The notes under the pieces were generated by a model that searched no databases, was not told the DNA's origin, and saw only the letters and a list, made by a program, of their open reading frames with translations. Below, one piece after another: positions 1 to 12,585 of a stretch of 64,000 nt of DNA (position 1 is its first letter; every line of letters starts with the position of its first letter). Origin of the DNA: Utricularia gibba (Eukaryota; Plantae; Magnoliophyta); the NCBI GenBank assembly GCA_002189035.1, contig NEEC01000012.1, positions 806,001-870,000 of the forward strand. Direction: 5' to 3'. The translations under genes were made by a program, and so were the position numbers.

Positions 1-1809
1 TGGCTGAAATCAGAGATGAATTTGAGGCGGCCGCTACATATGGCAAAGAGGTTGCCATGTTGCTTGAGGTAGGCAAGGTGCCTTATGAATCCAACTTTCT
101 TAAAGGTGTGTTCTATATGATAATCTCGTTAGTATTGATTTATTTTTCTTAGGAAGCTTAGTTTATAGTGTTATTTGTTTCCATATTTTTCCGACTGTTT
201 GCAGCAATGCTCTTTCGTTTACTGTGCTTGATTTCGCCATCAATGCCATCACATAAGCCTGAAAAAAGGAAATCCATGAAGTCAGCTACTAGAACCATGA
301 AGTTGGCTGCCCCGCCTTCTGAAGATGACAAGGCTCTTACCCTTTCATCAACTCTGGACAAGCTTTATGCTTGGGAGAAGAAGTTATACAAGGAGGTTAA
401 GGTAGAGTGCATTCAGTTTGTATCATATTGGGGCGTGAGATTCAGATATGAGTTGGATGAAAATTCCAAATGGGAAAGGAATTTTTTTTTTTTTTTTTTG
501 CACGCTCATAGTTGAGAACGGGGTTATTAGTGCATGCCTTTCATTGAGATGACTAAAATCCTGTTTTTCTACATATGCACAGCACTTTATATTGTGGTTC
601 GTGACTGTTATATGATGTTTTATAAATCCTGTGTTGTGGTATATGCTTTTGGTTATGGTTTGCTATTTCTGCGATTAGGATGAAGAAAGACTCAGAATCA
701 TGTATTTGAAGGCACGTAATAAATTAAAGGACTTAGACAAGCAAGGAGCAGACCATAGTAAGCTTGATGCAGCGCGCATTTCTGTCTTAAGATTATTATC
801 AAAGCTTGACATGAGTATCAGAGCAATCGAGGCTATTGCACGCAGCATACACAAGTTGAGAGATGAAGAATTACAGCCTCAGGTTGCTGCTCTAATTTTC
901 GGGTATGAACATGTTTTTTAGCAGCTTCTTCTGCAGTTGGATATTCTTGCATGGTTGCAAAAACTGGAGACTCACTTGTGTCACTTATTTACTGTGTTTC
1001 CAAGGCTGATTAATATGTGGAGGGCTATGCTCAAATGCCATCAAAAACAGTTTAGAGCAATTATGGATAGCAAAATGCGGCGTCTGAAAGCAATCATGGG
1101 TCATGACAAAGATTCCAGCTCTAGAGCTTCAGTTGAGCTTGAGAAACACCTTCGTGTTTGGTGTGAGCGTTTCAATGAATGGATTCGCACCCAGAAATCT
1201 TATGTGGAGACGTTGAACGGGTGGCTCCTCCAGTGCCTTCATTATATACCCGAAGAGACCCCTGACGGGCCAGCACCCTATTCCCCTGCTAAGCTTGGGG
1301 CTCCCCCTATTTTCATTATTTGCAATGACTGGCAACATGCCATGAAATCTATCTCTGAGGCAAGAGTAGCAGACGCCATGGACACCTTTGCTGCGAGTTT
1401 GAGGCACTTGTGGGAAAAACAAGATGAGGAAGCTCGCCAGAGGCTGAAAGCAGAATACCTCATGAAAAATTACGAGACACTGCTCGGAACCCAGGACGAG
1501 ACTGGGACAAGGAAAATAAAAGATGCCAGAGCAGATAAGCCTGGACGACTATCCATGGTTGCATCTGATACTGGGGCATTAGTACTGGAAGACTACAATA
1601 AATTGGACATAGATTCGATGCGGCAGAGGTTAGCTGAGGAGCACACAAAGCACAAGGACTCACTGAAATTAGTCCACGACGCAGCTTCTAGCAGCCTACA
1701 GGGAGGCCTTGTTCCCATTTTCAAGGCCTTGGAGAGCTTCACGGCCGAAGCCCTGCAAGCACACGAGAATGTCAGACTGCAGCAGCAGCAGAAGGTTGAG
1801 AGGAGCTGA
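1..1809 (+). CDS. DUF632-domain protein (NRG2 / REL2 / APSR1-like family), 5'-truncated by window edge; exons 1-105, 205-401, 679-902, 1005-1809
   Basis: Family motifs STLDKLYAWEKKLYKEVK|DEERLRI, IHKLRDEELQPQ, MWRAMLKCHQKQ and CLHYIPEETPDGPAPYSPAKLGAPPIFIICNDW. GT-AG junctions join the ORF-track pieces in frame; stop at 1809. Confidence 0.9.
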
Positions 1810-2879
1810 TAAGCATGCAGAACAATTTTGTAGTGTAATTGTTGGAGAGCCAGCTTTCGTGTATATCACATCAGGCCGCAGTCCCCGTTGCAGGAGATGA
1901 AGCTGAAGTGCAAGGGGCTGCAACTTCAGCCAATGAGTCGTAGCTCCGTTCTCCTCCAGCGGTTGTGTACATATGCGCCAGTGTCATCTATTCCCTCCCC
2001 TCTCGTTGTACTGCAAATTCCCATTTTTATAGGCCTTCAACGCCACCCAACCAACGCAAAAATCCACGTATGAAGCAGAGCTATTCGCCGTTAATGTGAT
2101 TTCAGGTGCACTGGGGAGTTTATTAGAAAAGTGGGCACTATGAGCAATTCCTTGTACAAGACAGCCATCCTTGTCACCAAGAAAAAGAATTATATAAATT
2201 CCATTTTATTGGTAAAATAGCCTTAAATAATATTAATTGAGTTATCTATATAATGTTCAAATTTCATAAATTACATTTTTTTTCAAAATAATAATTATTT
2301 AGAAAATATTTCAATTCTATAATTTTTCATCTTAGTATTTTTTTACAAAATTCTATAAATTATTTCTAAAATATTAATTAAAATAAAGTTGCTCATACAA
2401 ACATAAATAATTATAATTTTTTCAAATAATAAAATACAAGATAAGTTATCTTATATTTACTTTGTTTAAATTAATCTAAAAAATTATAAATGATTGAAGT
2501 ACTAAATATAGTGCACTTTCACTTTTCATATAGTTATATCTAATAGATGTACAATTTATTGAGTATTATGGTTATATTTCAATATGTTCATATTGATACG
2601 ACCCTTCAAATAACAAATGCTAGATAAATCAAATTGTAAATTCCAAATAAAGCAATCTTTCTAGAAAAGAAGAAATTGATCCTCAATAAATGAAAATACT
2701 TATAACTCGAACTAAAAAAATGGTAGTGTACTCACATCATAAAGAATTAAATGAGAATGATAAACCATAATGGATATCACATGCAAAACTTGATAGGTCT
2801 AAAATTCTATAAGAACTTAAGGAAAGAACAATGCTCTTAAAATACACAACAACCAAAGTCATCTTGAAACAAGCGTAAG

Positions 2880-4073
2880 TGATGGTAATTCTACAAGTGC
2901 ACAGAAACCATCGAAATAATAAAATAAGATCGTATCTACAGAGAATTGTTATTGGAATATTCTTTTCAAAACAAAGAGTTAAAAAGATTGGAAACAAAAG
3001 AAATATTGGTTTTTAAGATAATAAGAAAAGTGGCATTGGATCTAAGATCCACCTTACTTGAAACTCGCCCTTGCGTGTGTGCAAACCTTGAAGACTGACC
3101 TGCTTGCGCAAGCTTTGAGGGTGTTATGCTAAAGTAGTGCTACTCGGTGACCGTTATAGCACCGTCCCTTGTTTTGTGGGATTATGGAATCAACCACGCC
3201 ACCAGAGTCATTTCACCTCTTGTGATAACCCATGTTTTCCCCACATCCAAATCTAACCCCTACACCTCACACCTCGCAGACAGATTAGACAGAATGTGTC
3301 TTACCAACGATGTCCGATTGAGCCCTTCTCTTTAGGTGCTTGAGGCCAATCTTTGATTCTCCCACACTCCCTTAGGGTTATATGGTACTAAAGATCACGT
3401 TGGTAAAGAAAACGTTGCGAAAAACAGAATCAGACCTCAAATTAAATGCTGAAAAACATAGTAAGACATTCACGCGCGCAGGACTTGCGCAAGCAAGGCT
3501 TTACAGCAGATCCTCCGCCGCAAGCGTTCACGCGCGCATGCTTGACTCTAAACAACAAAAGTTGATGAAAAACGAAGGGAAAGGAATCCAAATCATGCTA
3601 GACTCGACTCTAAACCCTACATTGACTCTCTGGTTGTCCACCACTTCGACTCTCCTTTAGGTCTTTGCGTTTGGATCTTTATATAATGGTGGGGATTTGT
3701 CGGGCTTCCTTGATGGGCTCACATCAAATCTTCTATCCGAATCTTCTAAGATTTGATACAAATTTTCTAGAATGAGATCCAAGTTTTCCAAGATAAGATA
3801 CGAATCTTATCTTATCCGAGAATCTTTGACTGAGTCTTCATCTCCGGATAGACCAAATCTTAGCCTCCATCAAAGTAGCTCGAAAATCCTCCAAATTATT
3901 CCAAATTCGTCCTAAAAAATCACAAAACACACTTTCTCTCCAAAAAGATCAAAGTGGTATGAAAGATATAAAATTCTTCTAAAAACATAAGGAAAGTGGG
4001 ATAAAAAGAATTCAAAACTTATCTAAGAGAGTCCTAAAAACCACAAATATAAGTGACACAAAATCACTTATCA
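2880..4073 (-). mobile_element. Solo LTR, family S copy 1 (Ty3/gypsy, Athila-like termini), 1194 bp
   Basis: TG...CA termini (TGATGG...CTTATCA). Near-perfect 5-bp TSD GTAAG (2875-2879) / GTAAA (4074-4078). Homologous copies at 37284-38452 and 49555-50471. Orientation inferred from the TGATAA start. Confidence 0.85.
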
Positions 4074-4079
4074 GTAAAC

Positions 4080-5770
4080 CTCTTCTTATGGCGTATTCTT
4101 TGTTTTTGGCATCCAATTGGTTTTGAAACTTCTTATGAAGTGTTTTGATGGTATTCGCTTTCTTAGTACCATCAAAGCTATGAAATTCATCATATGGCAA
4201 TTACAGCAAGTTTACAGGAGCATGAGGATTAAATCTATATACAACTTTAAAAGGAAAGTAACGAATAAAAGAGTGTACCACTCGATTATATTCAAACTTC
4301 ACATGACATAAACAGTCTTCTCATATCCTAATGTTCTTTTTTATGATAGCATGAAGTAAGGTAGATAACATTCGATTTGTTATCTTGGTTTTTCCATCTG
4401 TTTGGGAATGACAAGTGGTAGAGAAATAAAAATTTGTTCCTAACTTACTCCAAAGTCTGCGCCAGAAAAGGTTGAGAAATTTAATGTCTCAATTATATAT
4501 AATAGTAAGTGGCATAACATAAACCTAACAATTTTTTTAAAGATTAAGTCAATAGCATGGGAAGCATCATCAATCTTCTGGCAAGAGATAAAATGTGTCA
4601 TCTTGTAAAACCTGTCAAACTACTACAAATATTAAAACAAAATCCATAAAAAGATCAATCTAGGGATGAATAGGGTAGATAGAGGAGTGTACAATTCCTG
4701 ATATGTGAATTTTTATTTGACCTTTTTACACACCAAACATTTTGCACAGATCCTTTCCACATCTCTTTTCATGTGTTGTCAATAAAAGTATTGTTGAAAT
4801 ATGTCCAACGTTTTGGTGACTCCAAAATATCTCATAAGTCTTCAATCATGCGCCTCCTTCACCAAGAACTCTTAAATAGAATATTATGGAATACATAACT
4901 AGTTATTCTTAAAAATGAAGTCATTTTGCTTATGGTAAATTTTATAAGATTTATGTTCACAATAAATATAGATATCCTTAAAATTATGATAAAAAGTGTA
5001 AAACTCTTTTATAGTTGAAAACCCCAACATTTGAATATTAAAAGTAACCAAAAATGTACATTCGTGACAATATATCAGCAACAATATTTTTCATACTTTT
5101 CTTTTATTTGATGACATAAGTAAAGGTATCAATTAACTCCACCCATCTTATATGTTTTCTATTGAGATTTCTTGACTCTTAAGTTGAGTATTTGAGTGTG
5201 GCTTCACCTAGCATTTCAATAAAATATGCAATGGGTCACTCTCTTTACATTAAAATAGAACATGTTCCAACTCCAAAAGCATTAAATTCAACTTTAAATG
5301 TTTTATAGAAATCAAATAATTTAAGTAAATGAGTTTTGAATGCAAGCTCTTGTGTTTGTTCCCAAAAAAAATGAATATTTTTCTTGATAACCTCATTCAA
5401 TGGTATAGCTAGTCATATATCACTCATTCAATGGTGAAGCTATGGATTTCTCCAATCATGGTAGGAGTTGGTCATTCCTTAATTGCCTTCACCTTCTCTT
5501 CATCCATTAAAATTCATATATCACTCACAATGTAGCCAATAAAAGAAATTTTGTTTGTACAAAAGTCACATTTCTTGATGTTAATATACAGATACTCTTT
5601 CCTCAAGATAAGCAACATTTGAAATAAATGACATGTATGTTCCTACAATGTTTTACTATACACAAGAATACCATCAAAGTAAACAAAAAATAAATTTACC
5701 AAGAAAGGGATATAGCACATAATTCATCAATCTCATGAAAGTACTAAGTGTATTAATCAATCCAAAGTCA
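4080..5770 (-). pseudogene. Degenerate Ty3/gypsy pol relic (RT end, RNase H, integrase; CRM/chromovirus-like), interrupted by the solo LTR at 2880-4073
   Basis: Minus-strand remnants VYFDGILVYSKTL (YFDD region), DEEKVKAI.EWPTP, FGVG...(ASGVGIG-like), [23 protein letters not shown] (integrase core), HVKFEYNRVVHS and DGTKKANTIKTLHKK. Many stops and frameshifts. Confidence 0.75.
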
Positions 5771-5779
5771 TAATCTATC

Positions 5780-7970
5780 ATTTATATAAACCAAAATTTA
5801 GCACATCGATTGGAGTTAATAGCTATACTAATGATGGTGATGCATCAGTTGACTTAGACATCATAAATATCCAAAATGATGACTTTTTCAACAATATTGA
5901 TATTGGAATAAATGAACAACCATCATTTTATGATAATCTACAGCATGTATATTATTATTTAAATTATTTTTATATTATATGAATTTACTTCTAATCCATT
6001 AATGTTTAGTGAAGTGTGGAAGTTGGTGCAAGCAGTGCTAATGTGGGAAACAAACGTCGAAGAAGAACCATGAAAGAAACATGAGAAAATTTAGTTGAGT
6101 CAGTTGTTGCTTTAATAAATCTGTTAAAAAGTGGATCTTATTCATCTGTGCCTCAAAGACCAAAGATACCTTCAATTGTAAAGTGCTTAGATATAGTGAG
6201 GGGAATTCCAGAAGCACGAGAGGATTCAAGTGTGTTTGGAGCTGCTGCATTAATGTTAGGCAAGACTGTTTATCGTGAAGCTTTTATGAGTATGACAAGT
6301 TATGAAGAGAGCTTGACATTTATCAGAGCATATAAGACTGTTTATCTAAATTAGTTTTCTTTTAATATTATTTAGTGAAATTGAAATGTAGTAAGAACAT
6401 CATTTTCTTTGAAGTTGATGCATTTCATGTGAATGTGTGACTGAATTTGATTTTATGTAACAAGTATATGTACTTTTATGCATCAATTCCATGTGCTTTT
6501 CTATATCAATTCCATGTGTTTTTCTGCATCAATTCCATGTGCTTTTACGCATCAATTCCATGTGCTTTTACGCATCAATTCCATGTGCTTTTCTACATCA
6601 ATTCTATATGCTTTATTAACTGTATTTTCTTTTCAACGGCAATTACATTTGGGTTTTTGCAACTATTGCATGCGATTTCTTACAAAGATTCCACCTTTTT
6701 CATCTATAAAATTAATGCTATACATCATTCCCAAACACAACGCATCCATGCCTTCTTCCAATAATTCTTCCCTACACATCGATAATTCTGAAGATGAAGG
6801 TGAGACTCCAAATGCTGAAATAGTCTATGCTATAGCAACACTAGCGCAATCTATACTTGAATTTTACCAATGAGTCTTTGCAAGAATGCCTTGTTGAGGT
6901 AGAGAGTTATTTGAAGCTGCATGGTTGAAGGGTATACTTGAAGGCCATTGGATTCGCTCATATCAATTACTTTGAATGGAACGAGATACATTTCATAGGT
7001 TATGTAGTGTTTTATATGAACGCCATGGTTTAATAGCCACGTGCACAGTCTCTGTTGAGGAATAAGTGGCTACATTTCTCTTGGCAATGAGTTTGAAATG
7101 AAGTAACCGTTTGCTTCAAGAATAGTTCCAATGTTCTGTATATACTGTAAGTCAAAGTTTTCGTGCAGTACTTGATGTTTGTGCAAATATGGCTTCTGAA
7201 TTTCTTGTCCCAACGAGTGATATGTTGACTTCCCCTGCAAAAATAAGAAATGATTCTCGATTTTGACCTCATTTTTAAGATAGAGTTGGTGTCATTGATG
7301 GTACTTATATTCTTGCGAGAATTAGAAAAGAAGATAGATGTCCTTTTTTTGGTTGATATCATGAAGCCGCTTAGAAAACTTTGGTAGTATATGACTTCAA
7401 TATGCTGCTCATCTTTCTAGCTTCAGGATATGCAGGATAAATGCATGATAATTCAATATTATCAGGGGTTATGCACTCACCCGAAAATAAGTTTCCATTA
7501 CCACCACCGGGTAAGTATTACCTTGTGGATTATGGGTATATGAATACTACATTTTTTTTAACACCATATAGAGGTCAAAGGTACTATTTGGAAGAGTTTC
7601 GTGCTAATCCACGGTTAGAAATCCTACAAAGATGTATAATTATCGACACTCTTCACTACGTTTTGTAACTGAGCGATGTTTTGGAGTATGGAAGGCAATA
7701 TTTGACATGGTTAACAGACTTTCTTGGGGATTTTCATGGCAAGATCAAACGCTTATTGTACCAGCAACTATGACAATTTGTAATTTTATCAAGAGAGTTG
7801 ATGCAAATGATCCGGATTTCTTATGTTTTGAAGCTGATAATTGGAGTCCATCATATAATCCTCAAAACAGTTCTACCAGCAATAGAAACTTTTACATCTT
7901 CAACTCAAGATAGATATATGAATGACTTACGTGATGCAATATGTGCATCAATTAGTAGAATGAATTAAAA
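5780..7970 (+). mobile_element. PIF/Harbinger relic H1: 3' end of Myb/SANT-like ORF1 (to 6354) plus degenerate DDE nuclease ORF2 (~6740-7960)
   Basis: CLDIVRGIPEAREDSSVFGAAALML...REAFM (ORF1 C-terminus). ORF2 motifs VSVEE*VATFL, GVIDGTYI, HDNSIL, FPLPPPGKYYLVDYGY...PYRGQRYYLEEF and HSSLRFVTERCFGVWK. TIRs not found. Confidence 0.85.
6474..6614. repeat. 23-bp minisatellite, 6 copies (consensus GCATCAATTCCATGTGCTTTTAC)
   Basis: CATCAATTCC core recurs at 6481, 6504, 6527, 6550, 6573 and 6596 with no spacers. Confidence 0.95.
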
Positions 7971-8460
7971 ATGACTCATAATATCAACTTTAGTGTATAT
8001 TTTGTTGTTTTCAGACTTTATATAACTCAATCTATCATTTATTATGCATGATATTATGATTGAATAAGATTTGTGTTGCTATTATTATAATTATATGAAA
8101 ATAATAAATATAAATTATATTATTAAAAGCATTGAAATGAATATAAGGGTATTTTAGACTTTTATTCACAAATTTTGAAAGTTATATCAAAATTAGACTA
8201 TAAAATCAACTGACTCCATCAATTATGAGGTTGCAAATCTTTTCAATCATAAAGCATCATATATGAAATAAATTCTCATTGTTTCTCCATTGATTTAGCA
8301 TCCATGGTCAATAATGAATAATTCTAACCTAATAAGATTGAATCCATTATGGATGTTTATTAATTTTATGTTGTCTAGTTTTATTTTTTATTCATCTAAT
8401 CATTTTGAATTATCTTTTAAACTTTATTAGTTTTCAATATAAATTACCTAATTTTAATAG

Positions 8461-8984
8461 TGTTATGGGTGAAATCGGTATTCGGTGAGAGGCCGATTTT
8501 AGGTGATAGGCGCGGTCGGAAATGCCACACTTAGTCACCTTCTTCACGGTTGGTACGATTAAAATAAGAGTGAGCAAGGATTTTTTACGTGGAAACCGCC
8601 GGAGAGCGGAAAAACCACGGAGCTGCTGGAGTTCGCTGGAAAAGAGTTTCACTAGATGGAGGTCGCGAAAAGGAGAATACAACTTGAAAAAATCTTTTTG
8701 AGTCCAACCCCCTTTCATCATAATTCCTCCTATTTATAGGAGAGCTCACTCTGACCGAATTCTGGTGTATGCAAATATCGGTTGCTTTCTACTCCTGCTA
8801 TACGATCTCGCTTTTGAGATATTGCCTGTCATGTCGTAATTCGACCGCTTTTCAGACTGTGTCATATGGCCATACCTGTCAAATTTCTTACAGATGTCGA
8901 TCTGTCATCTGGTGTTATCCCCTCAGGATCTCTTTTGGCAGCCTTTTAGTAATCGATTATATCCGACCAGTTTATCCCCTATCA
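8461..8984 (-). repeat. 3' LTR of Retand element 1 (524 bp)
   Basis: Direct repeat of 18107-18635; about 40 substitutions plus 2 indels counted by eye. Confidence 0.95.
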
Positions 8985-9200
8985 TTCAGCCCCTTTGATT
9001 TGCCGATATTGGCCCTTTCGGGATAAATCGGGGAATCGGAATCACCACAATGATGACTTCCAAGGTGCCGCCTTGTTCGCATGAGCCACAAATCGCTTTG
9101 TTCCGATGTCTCTGCCACGCGTCAGCTCATAAACACGCCATGTTTTTTCCTGCCCACCCGGGGTACTTGAAACGTCGCTTCGTCTCCCGACTTCTTCCAT

Positions 9201-9208
9201 TATAAATA
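9201..9208 (+). promoter_or_regulatory. Putative TATA box of the retrotransposon-internal antisense gene
   Basis: TATAAATA followed by a CT-rich leader, a CAG|GTA donor (9327/9328), a CCTAG acceptor (9457) and AAAATGG at 9487. Confidence 0.55.
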
Positions 9209-9486
9209 TCCACACCCCTTGTCATTTCTCCCCTTTGCTTTCTTCGTTCGCTCACAAGATTACAGCGCTCTTTGAACTCCGCAGTGCTTGCCGCCGTGTT
9301 ATCCGCCGGAAATTACAGATTTCTCAGGTATCCGCTTCTTCTCCGTGTCTTTTGCATCCCTACGATTGCTTAACTCTCCTTTACATCTTCGAGAACTTTG
9401 ACGGGTAGTTACCGCCCTCCTGAGTCTTTTCCCTTTCTGACTTCCGCCTCATCCTAGGGTTTGGGGCTTCTTTCAATTTTTCGAAA

Positions 9487-11724
9487 ATGGGTAGAAGATC
9501 TAGTGAACTTGACATCCCATCTCTGCGCATTCGGTATTCGATTCTTGATGAGTATTAGATTTCTCCTGCTTGGGATGCCGAAATCCCTTGGGGGATTGGC
9601 GAGGCCCCTCTGCCTCCATTCAATCTTCCGATTCCATTAGCCTATTTCGAGAGTTGTTTACGTTTCCCACTCCATCCTTTAATAGTCCGCTTTCTCTCCA
9701 CCTTTGCGATTCCACTTTACTGCCTCGCCCTAAATTCTATATTATGCTTCACCACCTTCCTTTTCTATTCGGCCGGTATGGACCCGGTTATGACTCTGGT
9801 AGACTTCCTCCATCTCTTCAAGATTGTTGTGCGTAAAGCGAAGTCCCCGATGGATGGACGATCTCATTTTCAATTCCACCGGTTTGAAGATAACCCCAAC
9901 TTTGTCGTTAAAGCCCCCGATACCCATTATGATTGGTGGTCCTCTTTTGTTTAGGTAGCTCCCCCTTTGGGTTTTCGGTGGAACTTCCCAGTCGATCCTC
10001 CAACTCCTTTCAAGGTTAAAATCTTCGGTGCGTATCGGTCTTCTTCCGAATCTCGCGAAGTTCTTTACGAGAGGCTCAGTCGAGGCTTGGTTCGGTACGA
10101 GTCTCGTGCCTTGATGTTCTCGGGTGTGTCGCAGAAAAGATCAGGTATTATCGGTCGCTCTCGAGACCCCCACTGGCCCAATATTATTTCTTCCAGTGGC
10201 ACCGATTCGAGAAACCTTCATCTTAGCCCATCTCCATCCCTTCCTCTTGTTTCGGCCTCATCCCCGATTCCCCCACCTGTTCAAACCGGGGCCCCCAAGA
10301 AAAAGAAGAGGGTTAAGGCGCTTGCGCATAAACCCTCAAAGAGGCAAAGAGGTAGTTGGGTTCAGCTTCCTCGAGTCTTAGAATCGGCATTATTCCTTAT
10401 TGCTTTTCCTACTTTCGTCTTCAGCTGAAGAGATGGCTTGAAGAAGCTCCCTAGAAGATTCGGTAATGGCGCAGTTCTCCGCCGAGACGCAAAGGACGCA
10501 GGAACCTGAGGAGCCCTCCCTTGCACTACTCTGTCTCCTATTTAACAGTTACCGCGAATTCCCGATTATAACCTTTTTTCGGTTTTTCTTTCAGGCTGAT
10601 ACGATTGGAGCTCAGCTGGACGCCGCTGATCCTTCCTCGGGGGAAGATCAAGTAGTAGAAGTCTCCGAGATCCGGGAGTTGACTCCCCGTCCTTCAGCCG
10701 GGAAATGGAAAGAGAAACTTCCTCCATCACCCAATCTCAGCGATACTCTCATTCCTGATGCAAGATTCTTTTCGTCTGGTGCTTCAACATCAGCTCTTCC
10801 AATCGAGTTACAGAGGGATTCTGTCCTCGTAGACGTAAGGGACAACCCGGTGCTTCCTCTACCCTCAGTTCCAGCTGAACTAAGGGGAATCCTGGATGGA
10901 GCTATGTCTAGTACCTCGGGTGTTCAGCCGGAGATGGTACTTGAAGGGATCTGGCAGGTACGTGTCCCGTTTCCTCTTCTAAATTCTAAGTAATCAGCCC
11001 TTGACTTGGAATATTCTTTTAGGCTCTGACTCTTGGGTGGGGAATGGTTAGAGAGATTGGCTCTCAATCGGAGGCAGTCTCTCGGCTTCAAGCCCAAGTT
11101 GTGGCTCAGAACGCCCAGATAAAGTTGTTGGAGGAGGAGGGGAGTTCGCTGAAAATCGTTTTAGGGAAACGCAGCCGCTAGGAGGAAGAACTGCGGAATG
11201 TGATCAAGGAAATGGGAAAGGCGGTTGACGATGCTAAATCGGAGAGAGAGGGCTTCAAAGTCCGATTTGATGAGGCAGAGGCAGAGTTAGAGCATGCCAC
11301 GGGCCGCATTTCAGCATTGGAGGCCGAATTACTTAATCAACAAGCCTCTCGGCAGGGTCTTGTGGATGACTTTGTCAACTCGGCCTGTTTTGCCGAACTC
11401 TCCGATATCTATGCAAGAGATTTAATCGGCTTACTTCTATACCGTCAGAGACGACAGTTCAGCTGGGAATTTGGGCTTTCAATCATGGATCCGCGCTTCA
11501 ATAGGATAAACCCCTTGACGAAGGATGAGAACATGCTTGATGTTATCGCAGATACTTTCCAGGCCCCGGAGTTCGGGTTTGAAGCTGATCGGGAGCGGCT
11601 GATTGCACTAATTCAGGCGAGGATAGGGCGAGAGAATGACGCCAAGTTAAGGGTCAGGATGGAGCGACATACCGGTTCCTCTACCAATTCTCCCATTAAT
11701 CCCCCATCTCCTCCAGCACTTTAG
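9487..11724 (+). pseudogene. Spliced antisense ORF of Retand element 1 (Transposase_28/TRP28-like N-domain, K-rich NLS, C-terminal coiled coil), ~700 codons with 4 in-frame stops
   Basis: LRIRYSILDEY...YFESCLRFPLHPLIVRFL...LALNS motif and KKKKRVK. Introns 10352-10424 and 10958-11022 (GT-AG) restore one frame. Stops at 9556, 9952, 10439 and 11179. Confidence 0.8.
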
Positions 11725-12585
11725 TGACCTTTTTTTTTTTTTAACTTGATGTATTTTCCCCTACTGTGGGGCTTTTCGAACATTTTTTATATCCCGATTC
11801 GGGATTTCCTTCTGATTTGCTCCATTTTTTGCGCATCATTCCTTCCTTTGATGATATCACATTTCGGGGGAAGCCCCGAGTTGGTTTATTATGTCTATCA
11901 CGTGTTTAGGCTTGGAAAATTCGCCTATGCTTTGGTGATCCGGGGTGGGTGTCTTTTCGCCAACCCTTTGATTGGGCTTTTTGATTTTTGTTTGCCTTAG
12001 TATTTCTTCATGTTTGCTGAACCGCTGCTAAGGAAGTAGGTCGGAACCCCTCATGGGTTGAGCGACTTCCCCAATCCGGAAGGGCCCTCTTCTGGCCGAA
12101 CCCCATTGTTTTGAACATGGGTGGATTTGCTTTGGGTGCACTTGTTGTCTCGAGATTTCGACAGTAAAGTCAATACTTAAGGGCTTTTTGGGGCTTACGC
12201 GTGCGGTTTACGGGAACCAGTGCCCAAATTATACCAGAGCTTATTCTTGCCGCCGACGTATGCCTGGGTTTTGGGAGATCACATGTATATACATCGGGGG
12301 AGATCCCGAGTTGATTTGCTATATCCCGCATGGGGTGCCGATTTAGGGGATTTACCTGGATTCGCGTTGCTTGGCTAGAGCTTGTGGTTTAGATCTTTCA
12401 GTGTCTGCATGGGCTTACGCGACTCGGCCAGAGCTTTAGATCTTCGATGGTCTGCCTGGGCTTACGCGATTCGGCTAGGGCTTGTGTTTTGTTTTCCCAT
12501 CTCCATTTCGGAGGAATCTATAGGTGCATGAGTGTTTTGGGGGAGAGAATGTCGAATCCTGTGACAGAGATTGATATTGAGTCGG

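Noticed and set aside
3147-3660. ORFs open in several family S solo LTRs (MVLKITLVKK..., MTVIAPSL...)
   Set aside because: The copies differ by many non-synonymous changes and have different starts and ends. This fits neutral LTR sequence with a stop-poor A-rich strand. A dN/dS well below 1 would be needed to revive the claim.
6447-6873. CRISPR-like array or repetitive protein ORFs (FYASIPCAF...)
   Set aside because: The units are contiguous 23-bp repeats with no spacers or cas genes, in eukaryotic DNA. The ORFs are translations of the minisatellite.
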